Positions 10,258 to 21,249 of a stretch of DNA of 64,000 nt are shown in pieces. Made by a program: the position numbers and the translations under genes. Under the pieces are notes generated by a model. The model did not search any database, had not been told where the DNA came from, and saw only the letters and a program-made list of their open reading frames with translations. The stretch's first letter is position 1. Each line of letters opens with the position of its first letter. The DNA comes from an uncultured Parachlamydiaceae bacterium (GTDB taxonomy: Bacteria; Chlamydiota; Chlamydiia; Chlamydiales; Parachlamydiaceae): positions 64,001-128,000 of the forward strand of contig CAVVXH010000004.1 in assembly GCA_963752155.1 (NCBI GenBank). Reading direction: 5' to 3'.

Positions 10258-13200
10258 TTATAAGTTGTAGTTAATAACTATTTCCTGTCTATTAAGAATT
10301 TTATCCTTATAGTAGACAGGAAAATCCCAAAAACGCGCATAAGAAACTTTCAGTTGTTCTAATTCATTATTTGTCCACAAAATTTTTAAACCTAAAATAA
10401 AGAGACACATTTCATAATGACCATGAGAATAAGTTTCAAATCGTATGGGTTCTAATTCATTATTATTAACTAATTGATTAAACCAGTTCGGTATTGAATC
10501 AAATCGATATATTTCTATTAAAGCTAGAAAAAAATCTACATCTTCTCCTCTTGCAGCTAAAAGCACGTTTTTGTTGGTTTCGTTGGTGCAAGATATACAA
10601 ATCAAATCCTGAAGACCTTGGACATTGCCTGATAGGAAAAATTCTTTTGCTCGCTGCTGATCATCAATTGGCTGCTGTACATTTCTGTCTACATCTTCAA
10701 GCTGTACTTTTGAAATCTTTTTCAATTGTATGACAATACTTTCATGTCCACATTCTTTAGCAATGTCTAAAGGAGATCTCCCTATATGATCTCGTTTATC
10801 AAGATACAAATCATTGTTAATATATTCTTCTGCCAACTTAAGTTTCTCTGGATCTAGTTTTCCATCTAATAAGGCTTGATGAAGAGGTGTCATTGAAAGC
10901 GAAAGGATGGAGGTTTCAGGTTCATTGTCTTTTGTGAGTAAGTTTTTAGTTACTAAAAAATGATAACATTCGCTTTGGGTATGCTTTTTCAATTTGCTTA
11001 GATCTATATCAGCTGTTTCAGGTATAAGAGAAAACATTTCGTTATTACAAGCCATTACAATCAGATTATCTATCTTTTTTTTATTTATTTCTCTAATGGC
11101 TTTTATTATTTCATTACCATCTGTTTTCGGAGATAACGATAATGAGTAATTTGTCTTCGTAAGAGGTATAACGATTGTTTCTGAATTAATCTCTTTTGTA
11201 AGTAAGCCTTTATTCAATAATAAATGATATAATTGCCTTTGAATATGTGCGTCGAGTTGATTCAGATCTATCTCAGTCATTTTCAATAACATTTCATTAT
11301 AACGGACAAGTGGAATCAAATCATTCATTTCCTCAGCTCTATTCGTAAGAGCTTGTATGATTTCACCGCTGGCTGTTCCTGAGGATAATGCCAAATCAAA
11401 AGGTGTAAATCCTTCATTATCGATCAAATTTAATTTGTCTTTTTCAGATCTTCTAATGATTTCTTTGGCAACGCTCAAATTTTTTTCACAAGCCCAATGT
11501 AAAGCTGTTCTGCCACGATGATCCTTTGGCGTTAATGAAACCCATTTATCAAGTAAAGCTTGTGCAAGTGGGCCATGTTGATATTGACATGCCAAGTGAA
11601 GATATGTTTTTCCAAAGTATAGGGGTTGAGAGAGTTCTTCTCTGGACATATTTTTGACGAGCTTATCAAATTTTAGGTTCTTGTTATAGACGGATTGTAA
11701 TAGCAGATATCTGCTTTGAGATAATGAAGTTTCTCTTAAATGTGCTCGTAGAAAAAATTGATCATCGATATTTATTGCATATTGATCAATTTTTGCTCCG
11801 TGTTTGACTAATAGCAACGTACAACTTATTGATTGTAATTTCAAAGCTATATGAAGGGGGGTGTCGCCGTTTATATTAGGAAGATTGAGCAATTCAGTTA
11901 TTTTAAGTTGTGGGCAGTGTTTAAGAAGCTGTTTTAAGACGATATAATTTCTTGCTTTAACAGCAAGATGAAATACCGTAGATTTTGAGGTTTCTTCTTC
12001 TCTGGATAAATCCTTTTCTTTAAGATGACTTAATATTTTCTCAGTAATCTTATAAAGATCCTCCAAGTTATGATGAGGTTGCTTTTCTAAGTGTATTTGA
12101 GGATCTTTTTTACAGAGATAGCACAAGAATTCCCAGATTCCATTAAATGTACTATGGATTTCTAAATTTAAATTTTTTAAAAGTAAGAAAAATGCAACAG
12201 AATAAGATTTATTGCTTAATGCAATTTGGAAGTAACTTTGCAGACTTATGGCTTTTTTTGTTTCATTATAATGCTTTAAATATAATTCCACTAAGGGTTG
12301 ATGATCCTCTTTGCAAGCTAATTCAAGAGGATTAAGCTTTTTAAGATTAACTCTATCGATTAATGTTTTATCCTGTTTAAGCAGATGTTTGGCAATCTTT
12401 GTTAGACCAAGTTTTGTTGCAAGATGCAAAGGAGTATCTTTGTCAGGGCCAATGGATAAAGTTACATCTGCCCCGATTACTGTAAGATAATTCACAACAT
12501 CTAAATCGTTTACGGAGGTTGCAGTATGTAGAACATAAGTGACTTTGTTTATTAGTTCATTAACATGCGTAGTCAAAAGTTCTGTTATTTTTTCATTTAA
12601 TATCGCGATTGAACCCTGCTTTTCCAAACACATTTGATTGAAATCTTTTATATTAGGTGTAATTACCTTTAAAATTTCTAAAATAACGCTTTTGTCTACA
12701 CCACTTTTACAGGCTGTTTTTAATATTCGATTGCATCCTTCCTGATCCTTCATTCCGTCTACGTTTTTCTTAAATTTTTGAATCAGGAAGAAGGCAATTT
12801 CTTTTTGTTTCGATAGAAGTGCATTTTCTATCATAAGACATTCATCAATGGGATCTAGAAGTTTTTTGCTTTTATCAATCAAATCACGCATCGAATTGAG
12901 AATTTCCACAGAAGAATTTAAGCCAAGACCTGATGAAATAGTATCGATGCAATGAGTAGGATTCGATAGAGATTCCTTTAAGTTAAGCATTTTGTTTACA
13001 ACATCTAAATTTCCATGCTTGCATGCAAGGAATAAGATAGTATTGAAAGAAGCTTTTATTTCCTCTTCATCGCAAAGATCAAATAATACTCCGGCAAGTT
13101 TAGGATGTTGACGGTTCCAAAAAGCACGTTGAAAACCGGAGAAAAGATAGCCCCTTGCCTTCGTAGTTCCTGTTGTTTTATCTCTTAAAAGCATGAGATC

Positions 13201-13992
13201 GCAAAGTTTTTTAACAAGGATAGGAGTCCCTTTTGAACATGCATACTCAAATGGCGTTAAGGAATTCTTATCCAAACAGTAAAGATCGCTTTTATAATTC
13301 TTTACAAGATGCCCTGCAATGGGAGGAGTTTCATTATTCTTAGCCTTGCTCAGCATATGCAGAGGGGTTTGTCCCTTGTTATTTTGTCGAGCTGCAGTTT
13401 TTGCTGAAGCATTTCCAAATTGAAATAGCACATGAACAAGAGTAAATGATCCAGTTTTAGCCGCATAGTGAAGAGGTGTATTTCCAAATGTGTCTTGATG
13501 TTCTACACTGACTTTAGGCAATAAGAGTTGGACAAGATTTAAATACTTTATATTTTTACAAGCGAGATGCAGTTGTCTTTGCTCCTTTTTCAATGGACAA
13601 TGACAAAATAAATTTAGAGTGATTGTCTCTTTAATAAATGCACTGCAATGAGTACGATAGGCTTGAAGGAGATGCTGAGGAGTAATTGGAATATGATTTT
13701 TTTGAAAAATTTTAAGTATGCAAACACTTTTTTCATCATAAGATTTTTCTAGTAATTTAGATAAGATTTTATGTAAGGGGGAAAAACCAACATCTAATTT
13801 TAGAAAAGCCTCTTTTAATACAGAAATAACTTTCTCTAGAAGATTGTTTTGACCATCGTGCTGTGGTGACCATGCATCTAAAGAATAATCAATTTTCTTG
13901 TAATGACCTTCTTCTTTTCTTCTTAAATAATCATAAAGATCTTCTGAGTGTTTATCTAAGAGTTTTTTCCAATAAGAAGTTGCTTCAATCAT
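10258..13992 (-). CDS. Giant ankyrin-repeat protein (1244 aa)
   Basis: Repeated GNTPLHYAA/GDTPLHIAL motifs; paralog of 17141..21127 (LSQPLYFGKTYLHLACQ vs LSSPIYNGKTYLHIACQ). Confidence 0.9.
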   Translation of the reverse strand: MIEATSYWKKLLDKHSEDLYDYLRRKEEGHYKKIDYSLDAWSPQHDGQNNLLEKVISVLKEAFLKLDVGFSPLHKILSKLLEKSYDEKSVCILKIFQKNHIPITPQHLLQAYRTHCSAFIKETITLNLFCHCPLKKEQRQLHLACKNIKYLNLVQLLLPKVSVEHQDTFGNTPLHYAAKTGSFTLVHVLFQFGNASAKTAARQNNKGQTPLHMLSKAKNNETPPIAGHLVKNYKSDLYCLDKNSLTPFEYACSKGTPILVKKLCDLMLLRDKTTGTTKARGYLFSGFQRAFWNRQHPKLAGVLFDLCDEEEIKASFNTILFLACKHGNLDVVNKMLNLKESLSNPTHCIDTISSGLGLNSSVEILNSMRDLIDKSKKLLDPIDECLMIENALLSKQKEIAFFLIQKFKKNVDGMKDQEGCNRILKTACKSGVDKSVILEILKVITPNIKDFNQMCLEKQGSIAILNEKITELLTTHVNELINKVTYVLHTATSVNDLDVVNYLTVIGADVTLSIGPDKDTPLHLATKLGLTKIAKHLLKQDKTLIDRVNLKKLNPLELACKEDHQPLVELYLKHYNETKKAISLQSYFQIALSNKSYSVAFFLLLKNLNLEIHSTFNGIWEFLCYLCKKDPQIHLEKQPHHNLEDLYKITEKILSHLKEKDLSREEETSKSTVFHLAVKARNYIVLKQLLKHCPQLKITELLNLPNINGDTPLHIALKLQSISCTLLLVKHGAKIDQYAINIDDQFFLRAHLRETSLSQSRYLLLQSVYNKNLKFDKLVKNMSREELSQPLYFGKTYLHLACQYQHGPLAQALLDKWVSLTPKDHRGRTALHWACEKNLSVAKEIIRRSEKDKLNLIDNEGFTPFDLALSSGTASGEIIQALTNRAEEMNDLIPLVRYNEMLLKMTEIDLNQLDAHIQRQLYHLLLNKGLLTKEINSETIVIPLTKTNYSLSLSPKTDGNEIIKAIREINKKKIDNLIVMACNNEMFSLIPETADIDLSKLKKHTQSECYHFLVTKNLLTKDNEPETSILSLSMTPLHQALLDGKLDPEKLKLAEEYINNDLYLDKRDHIGRSPLDIAKECGHESIVIQLKKISKVQLEDVDRNVQQPIDDQQRAKEFFLSGNVQGLQDLICISCTNETNKNVLLAARGEDVDFFLALIEIYRFDSIPNWFNQLVNNNELEPIRFETYSHGHYEMCLFILGLKILWTNNELEQLKVSYARFWDFPVYYKDKILNRQEIVINYNL

Positions 13993-13994
13993 CT

Positions 13995-16900
13995 TTATTT
14001 TCTCATGTAGTTGTTATACCAGTAGCTGCAATATAAACTATAAAGGATTTGCATAAGCTGGGGATCATTAGTGGATTTTAGCTGAGTGAATAGATTGTAG
14101 AAAGCGTCGTCTGTAATATCAAAAAAAACCAAAGCTTTTATGCATGCTTCCTGCTGCTTCAGATCTTCAGGCAACTTATTTGCTAGCAAAAATTTAAAAA
14201 CTAATTTCATAGTATGGATATTTATATCCAAAGTCAATTCGATCTCTTTTTTGAGCCAATCTTTAAGCAATTTTTTGAAATATTCAGATTTAGCTTGCAA
14301 GAGATCGAAATTTACTAAAAAGCAATGGTTATCAATAAAGATTTTATCTGAATTGCTTGGATATTTATATAGAATTTGAATTCCTGGTTGTTTGTCAGCT
14401 TTATTTAAAATGGTAAACAAATCTAATTGTTTTCCAGCAATAATTATTTTTACTATAAAATGAGCTAATGCAAAGTGATGATAGCTGCAAGCCAAGTGTA
14501 AAGGAGTGTTGCCATTTCTATCTTGGGAACCCAATTGATTTTTTTGAACTTCCGGATTCATAAGAAGTTGTGTGACGACATTAAGATATCCTTTCTCAGA
14601 AGCAATGTGGATTGGATATCTTTTTCGTGAATCGAGTGCATCAACATATAAATTTTCCTGTACATATTCTAAAGCACATTCACTGTTACCCTTCAATAAG
14701 GCTTGATGGAGTGGAGTGGTAAATAATTCATGAGAGGGTATTTGATGATTTTTCATTTTATTGTTTATAATGGAAAAATGCACGAATTCACTCTTTAGAA
14801 TGAGATCATCAAGTTTTTCAACGAGTGTCCATTTATTTTTAATCTTTGAAACAAGCGTATGCATTTCTTTTTTACAAGCAAGTCGAAATAGCTTTTCAAG
14901 GTTGCATGGACTAATGTCTTCTATATTCTTTATAGCTATAGCTGCTGCTTCAAATCCATTTTTTACAGCTTTGAATAGAGTTTTTACATTGATAGATCTT
15001 TTTTCTATGAGTTTATGAAAAATTTTCTTAGGGAGCGAGTGACTCATAATTGCTGTTGTATCTACGCCTTTATCAATAAGTTTTTCCATAACCAATTCAC
15101 ATTTTGCCTGAGAGGCTAAGGCAAGAGGGGTAGCTTTCATTTTATCCTCTTGGTCAAGGTCATTAAGGCAATCTGTTTGATCGATAAGTCTGAGTGCAAT
15201 TTTTTGTAGACCCTTTTCGCAAGCCCAATGTAAGGGATATCGGCCAGACTCATCTAGATTCCAAAATGAAATGCCCGTATTCAACAATACATCAGCAACC
15301 TCATCCCAGCTGTACTCACAAACCAGGTGAAGATAGGTCTTATTGGTGTTTTTATAACGAAAAGAGGCTAATTCTTCCAACGATAGACTTTCGATCGTTT
15401 GTAAGGCTGTATTTAGATCTCTTTTTTGACAAGCTAGTTGAAGTAAATAAGATTGATTTTCTATTTTTTTCCAAGGATGGACCCATTTTTCTCGTTTCCA
15501 AAGATTTAGCAATAGCTCATCCTCACCATGTTGTATGGCTAAATCTAGGGAGGATAATCGATCCTTGTTACGTATATAAGTCAAAACCCCTTTTTCAATG
15601 AGAAAATAAACGCAAGACATCGAAGATGATTGCAAAGCTAAATGTAATGGTGTATTACCGTCTTTAGTTTGTAAATTCAAATAATACGTTGGTTTATTTT
15701 TTGTAAAATTACTTTCATAGAGTTTTTTTAAAAAAAATAGATCACCCGCTTGACTGGCTAAATGAAATAAAGTAAAACCAGATGTTGGATCTATAATTAC
15801 TGAATCATGGAGAGTTGGATAATACGTCAGTACAGCAGAAAACAAGATACTCAAATAGCTGCCTTCTATATTATTTTTTTCTATGCTTGTAAAGCTACTC
15901 ACTTCTTGAGGGTTTTCATAGACATAATAAAAAATTTTCCATAGATTTAGCTCTTTTGGAGGTTCTATCGGCACACCATTTATTAGACAAAAACAAATTA
16001 CAGAATCAATCTGATCTCTTATTGCAAGATTAAAAATATCCTTCCAAGCATTATATTTGGAATTTAACGTACCTAATTTGTTATACAAGCTTTGTACATT
16101 TTTTAGCTCTTTATAGATGCTTTCGGGTCTTACTAATGCAATATCTAATTGGATGCTTTTGAAAATAAAATTGAAAAATTCTATATGCCCTAATTCTCTA
16201 GTAACTTTACGAACAGCTAATTCTTTCGCTTGACAATCTTCTGGTGCATTTAATGTTTGCGAACTGCTTATTTCAGTAGGACTCAGACTAATTAACCAAT
16301 TGATTAACTCGAAACGATTAGTCTGTCGTGCAGCACGAATGGCTTCGTAAAGATTATCTTGATAACCTAAACAGCAGGCTATTTGAATATCAGATTTTCC
16401 ACAAAGCATTTGGAGCGGAATTTTTCCTTCTTTATTCCGTAGATAAGCATAAGAAGCCCCGTTTCCGAATTGGGTTAACTCTTCAACAATTTCGAATACT
16501 CCTTGTTCACATGCATAATGAAGAGCTGTATTTCCCAGAATATCTTGATGCTTTATGGATATTCCATTCCTCAATAAAGCTTTTACAATAGAAAGCATTT
16601 CTACACCATTCTGACAAGCAAGATGGAGCTGAGTTTGGTCCAATTCATTCAAAGCCCCACGAAGATAGAGTTTTTTTTCGATCAAATAGAGGGTAAATTC
16701 ATTAAGCTGTTTTCTGTAAGCTAAAATGACATGATTAGGCACAATAGGGATATTGTTTTGTAAAAATGCTTCTACTAGAGTGATTGCCTTATCCTGCTCA
16801 TCCCGTGCTTTAGGCGAGTCTAGCAATCTCGATAAGAGTGATTCTAATTTTCCATAATCTCCATCAACATTTAGAAAAATATCGGTGAGTGCTGCAACTA

Positions 16901-17144
16901 TTCCCTCTAAACCTTTATTCTGATCTAATCTTAAAAGAGATGACTGTGTAATTTCAGAATCTTGCCAGGTATTTTTGATTTGCACAAAGAAATTTTCAAA
17001 AGCTGATGAAGTACTGTTTTCAGACCAAATTTTAAAATAAGTAGCCACAGTGGAAAAAAAAGTGTCTACATGATGCTTTTTATTTGGTTGCGACCTATTA
17101 AGAATAGTTTGCCACATATCCTCATAACCAATTCTAGAAATCAA
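13995..17144 (-). CDS. Ankyrin-repeat protein with C-terminal BTB/POZ-like domain (1049 aa)
   Basis: ANK motifs; C-terminal SDKIFIDNHCFLVNFDLLQAKSEYFKKLL...EIELTLDINIHTMKLVFKFL fits the BTB pattern. Confidence 0.85.
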   Translation of the reverse strand: MISRIGYEDMWQTILNRSQPNKKHHVDTFFSTVATYFKIWSENSTSSAFENFFVQIKNTWQDSEITQSSLLRLDQNKGLEGIVAALTDIFLNVDGDYGKLESLLSRLLDSPKARDEQDKAITLVEAFLQNNIPIVPNHVILAYRKQLNEFTLYLIEKKLYLRGALNELDQTQLHLACQNGVEMLSIVKALLRNGISIKHQDILGNTALHYACEQGVFEIVEELTQFGNGASYAYLRNKEGKIPLQMLCGKSDIQIACCLGYQDNLYEAIRAARQTNRFELINWLISLSPTEISSSQTLNAPEDCQAKELAVRKVTRELGHIEFFNFIFKSIQLDIALVRPESIYKELKNVQSLYNKLGTLNSKYNAWKDIFNLAIRDQIDSVICFCLINGVPIEPPKELNLWKIFYYVYENPQEVSSFTSIEKNNIEGSYLSILFSAVLTYYPTLHDSVIIDPTSGFTLFHLASQAGDLFFLKKLYESNFTKNKPTYYLNLQTKDGNTPLHLALQSSSMSCVYFLIEKGVLTYIRNKDRLSSLDLAIQHGEDELLLNLWKREKWVHPWKKIENQSYLLQLACQKRDLNTALQTIESLSLEELASFRYKNTNKTYLHLVCEYSWDEVADVLLNTGISFWNLDESGRYPLHWACEKGLQKIALRLIDQTDCLNDLDQEDKMKATPLALASQAKCELVMEKLIDKGVDTTAIMSHSLPKKIFHKLIEKRSINVKTLFKAVKNGFEAAAIAIKNIEDISPCNLEKLFRLACKKEMHTLVSKIKNKWTLVEKLDDLILKSEFVHFSIINNKMKNHQIPSHELFTTPLHQALLKGNSECALEYVQENLYVDALDSRKRYPIHIASEKGYLNVVTQLLMNPEVQKNQLGSQDRNGNTPLHLACSYHHFALAHFIVKIIIAGKQLDLFTILNKADKQPGIQILYKYPSNSDKIFIDNHCFLVNFDLLQAKSEYFKKLLKDWLKKEIELTLDINIHTMKLVFKFLLANKLPEDLKQQEACIKALVFFDITDDAFYNLFTQLKSTNDPQLMQILYSLYCSYWYNNYMRK

Positions 17145-20100
17145 TTGTGGCTCCCAGTTGAATCTTTATAATTATACCTTGTTGTTGGGACAGAAAAATC
17201 AAAATGAGCATAGTTGCTATCATCACTCCTGGAGATTTTTGTTGGCCCTGATATTTTTTTAAATTTTTTAAAACTTCTAAGATCTTCTCTGTTAGTTTTT
17301 GATGTTAAACCTAAATCTGTTATTATTGATCCGCTTTCTTGTAAACCATTAAATGCATCTTTTATTTCTTTCTTTAAGTCTTCGTTATGCAATATACTAG
17401 CTTTTAATAAATCTATAAGATAGGAAAAATCTTCATTGGATACGTTGAGTAATAGTTCCTTTAAAAATAGGTCATTAGAAATAAGCCCTTGACAAATGAC
17501 ATTTTGATAGATAAACCTATTTTGGGATTTATGGCACCAGGGCATCTTTACTACAAATAATGAATTTGAATACACGAGTTGGAAACCTTCTAGATCGTCA
17601 AAAAAAATACGAAGATCTTCTATGTGAGCATTATGAAGAATCTGCAATGCAATAGAGGAAGAAATATCGCTTTTTCGGAGAATTTTTTTAATAATCCTTT
17701 CGGATCTACCCTTGCAAGCATACTCAAGGAGCTCTTTCATTAATTCCTGATCTGGCAATGCTCGATAAATTAATTCATCGAAAATTGTTTCTAATTCTTT
17801 TTCACAAATAATGTGGAGAGCTGATCTTTTTTGATCGTCTTTTTCATCAATATACAAACCTTGTTCTATATATTCTTGAGCCCATTCTATATTGTCATTA
17901 AGTAAAGCCTGATGAAGTGGGGTTGAATTTATTAAGGGAAAATCATTATTATCAATAAGATGAGAGAAATCATCATTCTTAATAGTTATATTTTCTTTGA
18001 TCGTATAATGAAATAAACGACTATACAAAGCTTTATTCTTTCTTAAAATTAAGGAGATCAGATCTGCTTGTTTTTTACTATTTATTAATAACTCAAGAGC
18101 TAAAGAAAACATCTCCTTTTCACACGCTAATACAAATAATTGAGTTCCAGATCGAGTTTGATGCATTCCTAATTCTTTTTCAGATTTCATTTTCACATAT
18201 AACTGCTCTGCAATATTTCTAAAACTATTTTCAACTGCAAAAACGATGGGGGGGTGGTGCCCTTCTTCATCTAAAATATCGCAGTTAACATCTAGATCAA
18301 TTAATTTTTGAACGATGCGTGGCATTTTTGCATCTAAAGCCACATGCAACAAATAACTTTGTGATTTTATATCTTTGGTTTTCTGAAGCAGTGTCATAGC
18401 AATTTCTTCAAGACCCGCTCGACAAGCTAAGAAAAGAGGGGTTTGCTTCTCTACATCCTCTTCATCAAACCCAACACTGTTTTGATCTAAAATTTCTTTC
18501 GCAATTTGATGTAACTTACCTTCACACGCCCAGTGAAGTGGATATCTTTTGCTATCATCTTTCTGATTGAGCAATACCCCTTCGTCAAGCAAAGCTTTAG
18601 CCATCACTTGATTTTTATTTTGGCAAGCAATATGCAGGTACGTTTTTCCATTATAAATTGGTGAAGAAAGCTCTTCTGTAGTCATTGCTTCTATGATCCT
18701 ACGGATAGGGTCCAGAGATTGTTCGATTCCTTGGCAAGCCATCAAAAGCCGATATTTGGAATTGAGATCTTTAGTTTGTAAATTTTTCTTTATTAGACTT
18801 TTTACAAAAGCCCTAAGTACAAAATTGTGATCTAAATCAAGAGGAGTTTTCCCGTAACCGTTTTGTAAAGTTACATTACCGCCATTACGTATTAACTTTA
18901 TGACACAAGGAAGAGACTCTGCAACAACCGCCAAATGCAGAGGAGTATTTCCATCTTTCTCAGCAGTGTTAAGACAATTTGTTAATCGATCCGGTTGGAC
19001 TTTATGTACATAATTAATGAATTCATTGAGTACATAACCCTCTTTATCATTAGGAATTTTTGAAGCAAGATGGAAAAGAGTAGATCCCGATTCAGTTATT
19101 TTTGTAAAGATTGTAAATGGCACGGTTGTATAAATATTATTTAATATACGAGGGAGAACAATTTTAACACTATCTAGCTCTTCCTTGCCGGAACAAGCAT
19201 GGCAAAGCAGTTCCCAAATGAAGTATGTTAAAAGGTTTCGAAAACCTATTTCTTCAATCATATAGAAAGGAACAGAATATATCTGATTCTTTAGAGCACT
19301 CCTAACAGCATCTTCTATTCTGGTGCGAGCGAGTTTTTCTCCCACTTTTTTATATCTTTTGTAAAAATAGGCAACAGTATCGAGATGGTCGTTCTCCGCT
19401 GCAAGCATGATCGGCATGGTGCCAAAACCCATCAAATTTTTGACGCTATCTATTTGGGCACCATTTTTACAAAGAATTTTAACTATATCAATATGACCTA
19501 ATAGCGAAGCGTTATGAAGTGCAGTTCTACCGTTTTCGTCTGTTGCTTCAAGATCAACTTTTTTATCTATCAAGTACTCAACCAAACCAATTGCATTTTC
19601 ATGACATGCAGAATGTAGAAGAGTGCTCTTTAGGATATATCTATTAAAATCTACAATTTTAACATTTGCATTGAATCTCGGAAAAATCAAATGGCTTTTC
19701 TCATGCATGCTCAGATAGTATAAATCTTCGAGAGTCAAATTGCTGATTTTAATTTTATGCACAATCTCAAGGACCACATCCTTAGGAACTTTATTTTCAC
19801 AGGCGAGCTTAAGAAAAAAATGAGAGCCATTTTCCATTTTTTCGAAATCAGACTCTTTTTTATTTTTGATCAAAAATAGAGAAACTTGAGAATTATTTCC
19901 AGAAAAAGATTTTATTAAAAGTTCATCTACTAATTTATTCTCAGCTAAATCCTGAGATGTAAAAAACAAACTTTTAAATAATTCTAAGTGATTATTTTGA
20001 ACAGCGATATTCAAGCACTTGATCAATTGTTCTTTATGTGCACTTGGATCATGATCACATTTTTTCAATAGTTCTTCAACGGTAGCGATCTGTCCAAAGC

Positions 20101-21127
20101 TTGCAGCTCCCAAAATCCCTTTGAAAAGCTGATTTTTTAAGAGATCTGCATGTTTTGAAGATTTTACTTTTTTTTCCATTAAGGCATAGAGTTTTAGGGC
20201 GGCATGCCAATAGCCACTTGTGCAAGCATAATAAAACGGAGGATAGAGTTTCTTTGGTTCACAGGTCTCTGACAGCCATGTAAGCGCAGTTAGATCCTTA
20301 TTGCTACAGACTAGGCAGAGAGGGCTTAGCCCTATATTGTTAGGTTCATTAAGAACGGAAATTCCAGCTCCATGTTGATATAACTTACTTATTATGAGAT
20401 AATTTCCATTTTCACAGGCGTAATGAAAGGGGGTATTTCCATAATCATCTTTTATCTTTTTATTAAGATTGGTGAGCAATAGCTGATCGACAAATGTGGG
20501 CCTACCATGGATGCATGCGAGATGCAATTGAGTTTTTCCTTCTTTTAATCGATTAAAAAGAAATAATTTGCTTTCAATGATTTTTTGAATTAATTTGTCG
20601 GAGCCAGTTTCATAAGCATCAATCACAGTTTGAGGAGAAAGAGCTATCTTATTATCTAAAAATACTTCAAACAAAGTGACCGCCTTATCTTCTTTCTTCT
20701 CTTTAATTAGAGTTAATAGAAATTCTTCTAAAGGGAAGGGACCTAATAAGGAAAACAAATTTTTAAAATCTGAGATTATTTTGCTCAGTTTCGTGGCATT
20801 GGTATCAAGGTTGATTTGTTTTGAAAAATATTTTTTAAATTCATTTATAAATTTATCTTTTTCCCGTCGAGTCAATGAGAGAAATTTATCTTTAAGCTCA
20901 GATTCAGTTAAATTTTCTGTTTTTGAGAAAAAAAGGCGTTTGAATATATTCAGAAGGTCTTCGGTTATGGGATTAAACTTTGATATTCGCCCTCTTAATT
21001 CTTTATAGTTTATTCCATCTGCTCCTATTAGGGGAAAAAGTTCATTGTTAGCTAAGCCTTCACCTTCAGAAGAAGAAAAAAGGGGAAGAGAAGTAGGAGT
21101 AGGTTGGATTGGTGCAATAGGTAGCAT
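17141..21127 (-). CDS. Giant ankyrin-repeat protein, first gene of the array (probable ATG at 21127; ORF open to 21169)
   Basis: Many ANK motifs; P/S/T-rich N-terminus MLPIAPIQPTPTSLPLFSSS; stop overlaps the next start (ATGA at 17141-17144). Confidence 0.9.
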   Translation of the reverse strand: MLPIAPIQPTPTSLPLFSSSEGEGLANNELFPLIGADGINYKELRGRISKFNPITEDLLNIFKRLFFSKTENLTESELKDKFLSLTRREKDKFINEFKKYFSKQINLDTNATKLSKIISDFKNLFSLLGPFPLEEFLLTLIKEKKEDKAVTLFEVFLDNKIALSPQTVIDAYETGSDKLIQKIIESKLFLFNRLKEGKTQLHLACIHGRPTFVDQLLLTNLNKKIKDDYGNTPFHYACENGNYLIISKLYQHGAGISVLNEPNNIGLSPLCLVCSNKDLTALTWLSETCEPKKLYPPFYYACTSGYWHAALKLYALMEKKVKSSKHADLLKNQLFKGILGAASFGQIATVEELLKKCDHDPSAHKEQLIKCLNIAVQNNHLELFKSLFFTSQDLAENKLVDELLIKSFSGNNSQVSLFLIKNKKESDFEKMENGSHFFLKLACENKVPKDVVLEIVHKIKISNLTLEDLYYLSMHEKSHLIFPRFNANVKIVDFNRYILKSTLLHSACHENAIGLVEYLIDKKVDLEATDENGRTALHNASLLGHIDIVKILCKNGAQIDSVKNLMGFGTMPIMLAAENDHLDTVAYFYKRYKKVGEKLARTRIEDAVRSALKNQIYSVPFYMIEEIGFRNLLTYFIWELLCHACSGKEELDSVKIVLPRILNNIYTTVPFTIFTKITESGSTLFHLASKIPNDKEGYVLNEFINYVHKVQPDRLTNCLNTAEKDGNTPLHLAVVAESLPCVIKLIRNGGNVTLQNGYGKTPLDLDHNFVLRAFVKSLIKKNLQTKDLNSKYRLLMACQGIEQSLDPIRRIIEAMTTEELSSPIYNGKTYLHIACQNKNQVMAKALLDEGVLLNQKDDSKRYPLHWACEGKLHQIAKEILDQNSVGFDEEDVEKQTPLFLACRAGLEEIAMTLLQKTKDIKSQSYLLHVALDAKMPRIVQKLIDLDVNCDILDEEGHHPPIVFAVENSFRNIAEQLYVKMKSEKELGMHQTRSGTQLFVLACEKEMFSLALELLINSKKQADLISLILRKNKALYSRLFHYTIKENITIKNDDFSHLIDNNDFPLINSTPLHQALLNDNIEWAQEYIEQGLYIDEKDDQKRSALHIICEKELETIFDELIYRALPDQELMKELLEYACKGRSERIIKKILRKSDISSSIALQILHNAHIEDLRIFFDDLEGFQLVYSNSLFVVKMPWCHKSQNRFIYQNVICQGLISNDLFLKELLLNVSNEDFSYLIDLLKASILHNEDLKKEIKDAFNGLQESGSIITDLGLTSKTNREDLRSFKKFKKISGPTKISRSDDSNYAHFDFSVPTTRYNYKDSTGSHN

Positions 21128-21249
21128 AGAGTAGCCTTTAGATAGATGGATATGGGCAAATCCTACCAAAATCTAATTTTTAATTTCTATTCTTTTTTTT
21201 TAGAGCTTCATACCTTGGTTTATTTTTTTTCAATGATCTCATTTCCCGA

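Noticed and set aside
4124..21008. Many short + strand ORFs inside the ankyrin array
   Set aside because: They are antisense shadows of long minus-strand genes and have no recognisable motifs.
1572..21127. Diversity-generating retroelement acting on the ankyrin paralogs
   Set aside because: No reverse transcriptase is present and no template/variable repeat pair with adenine-specific differences was seen.
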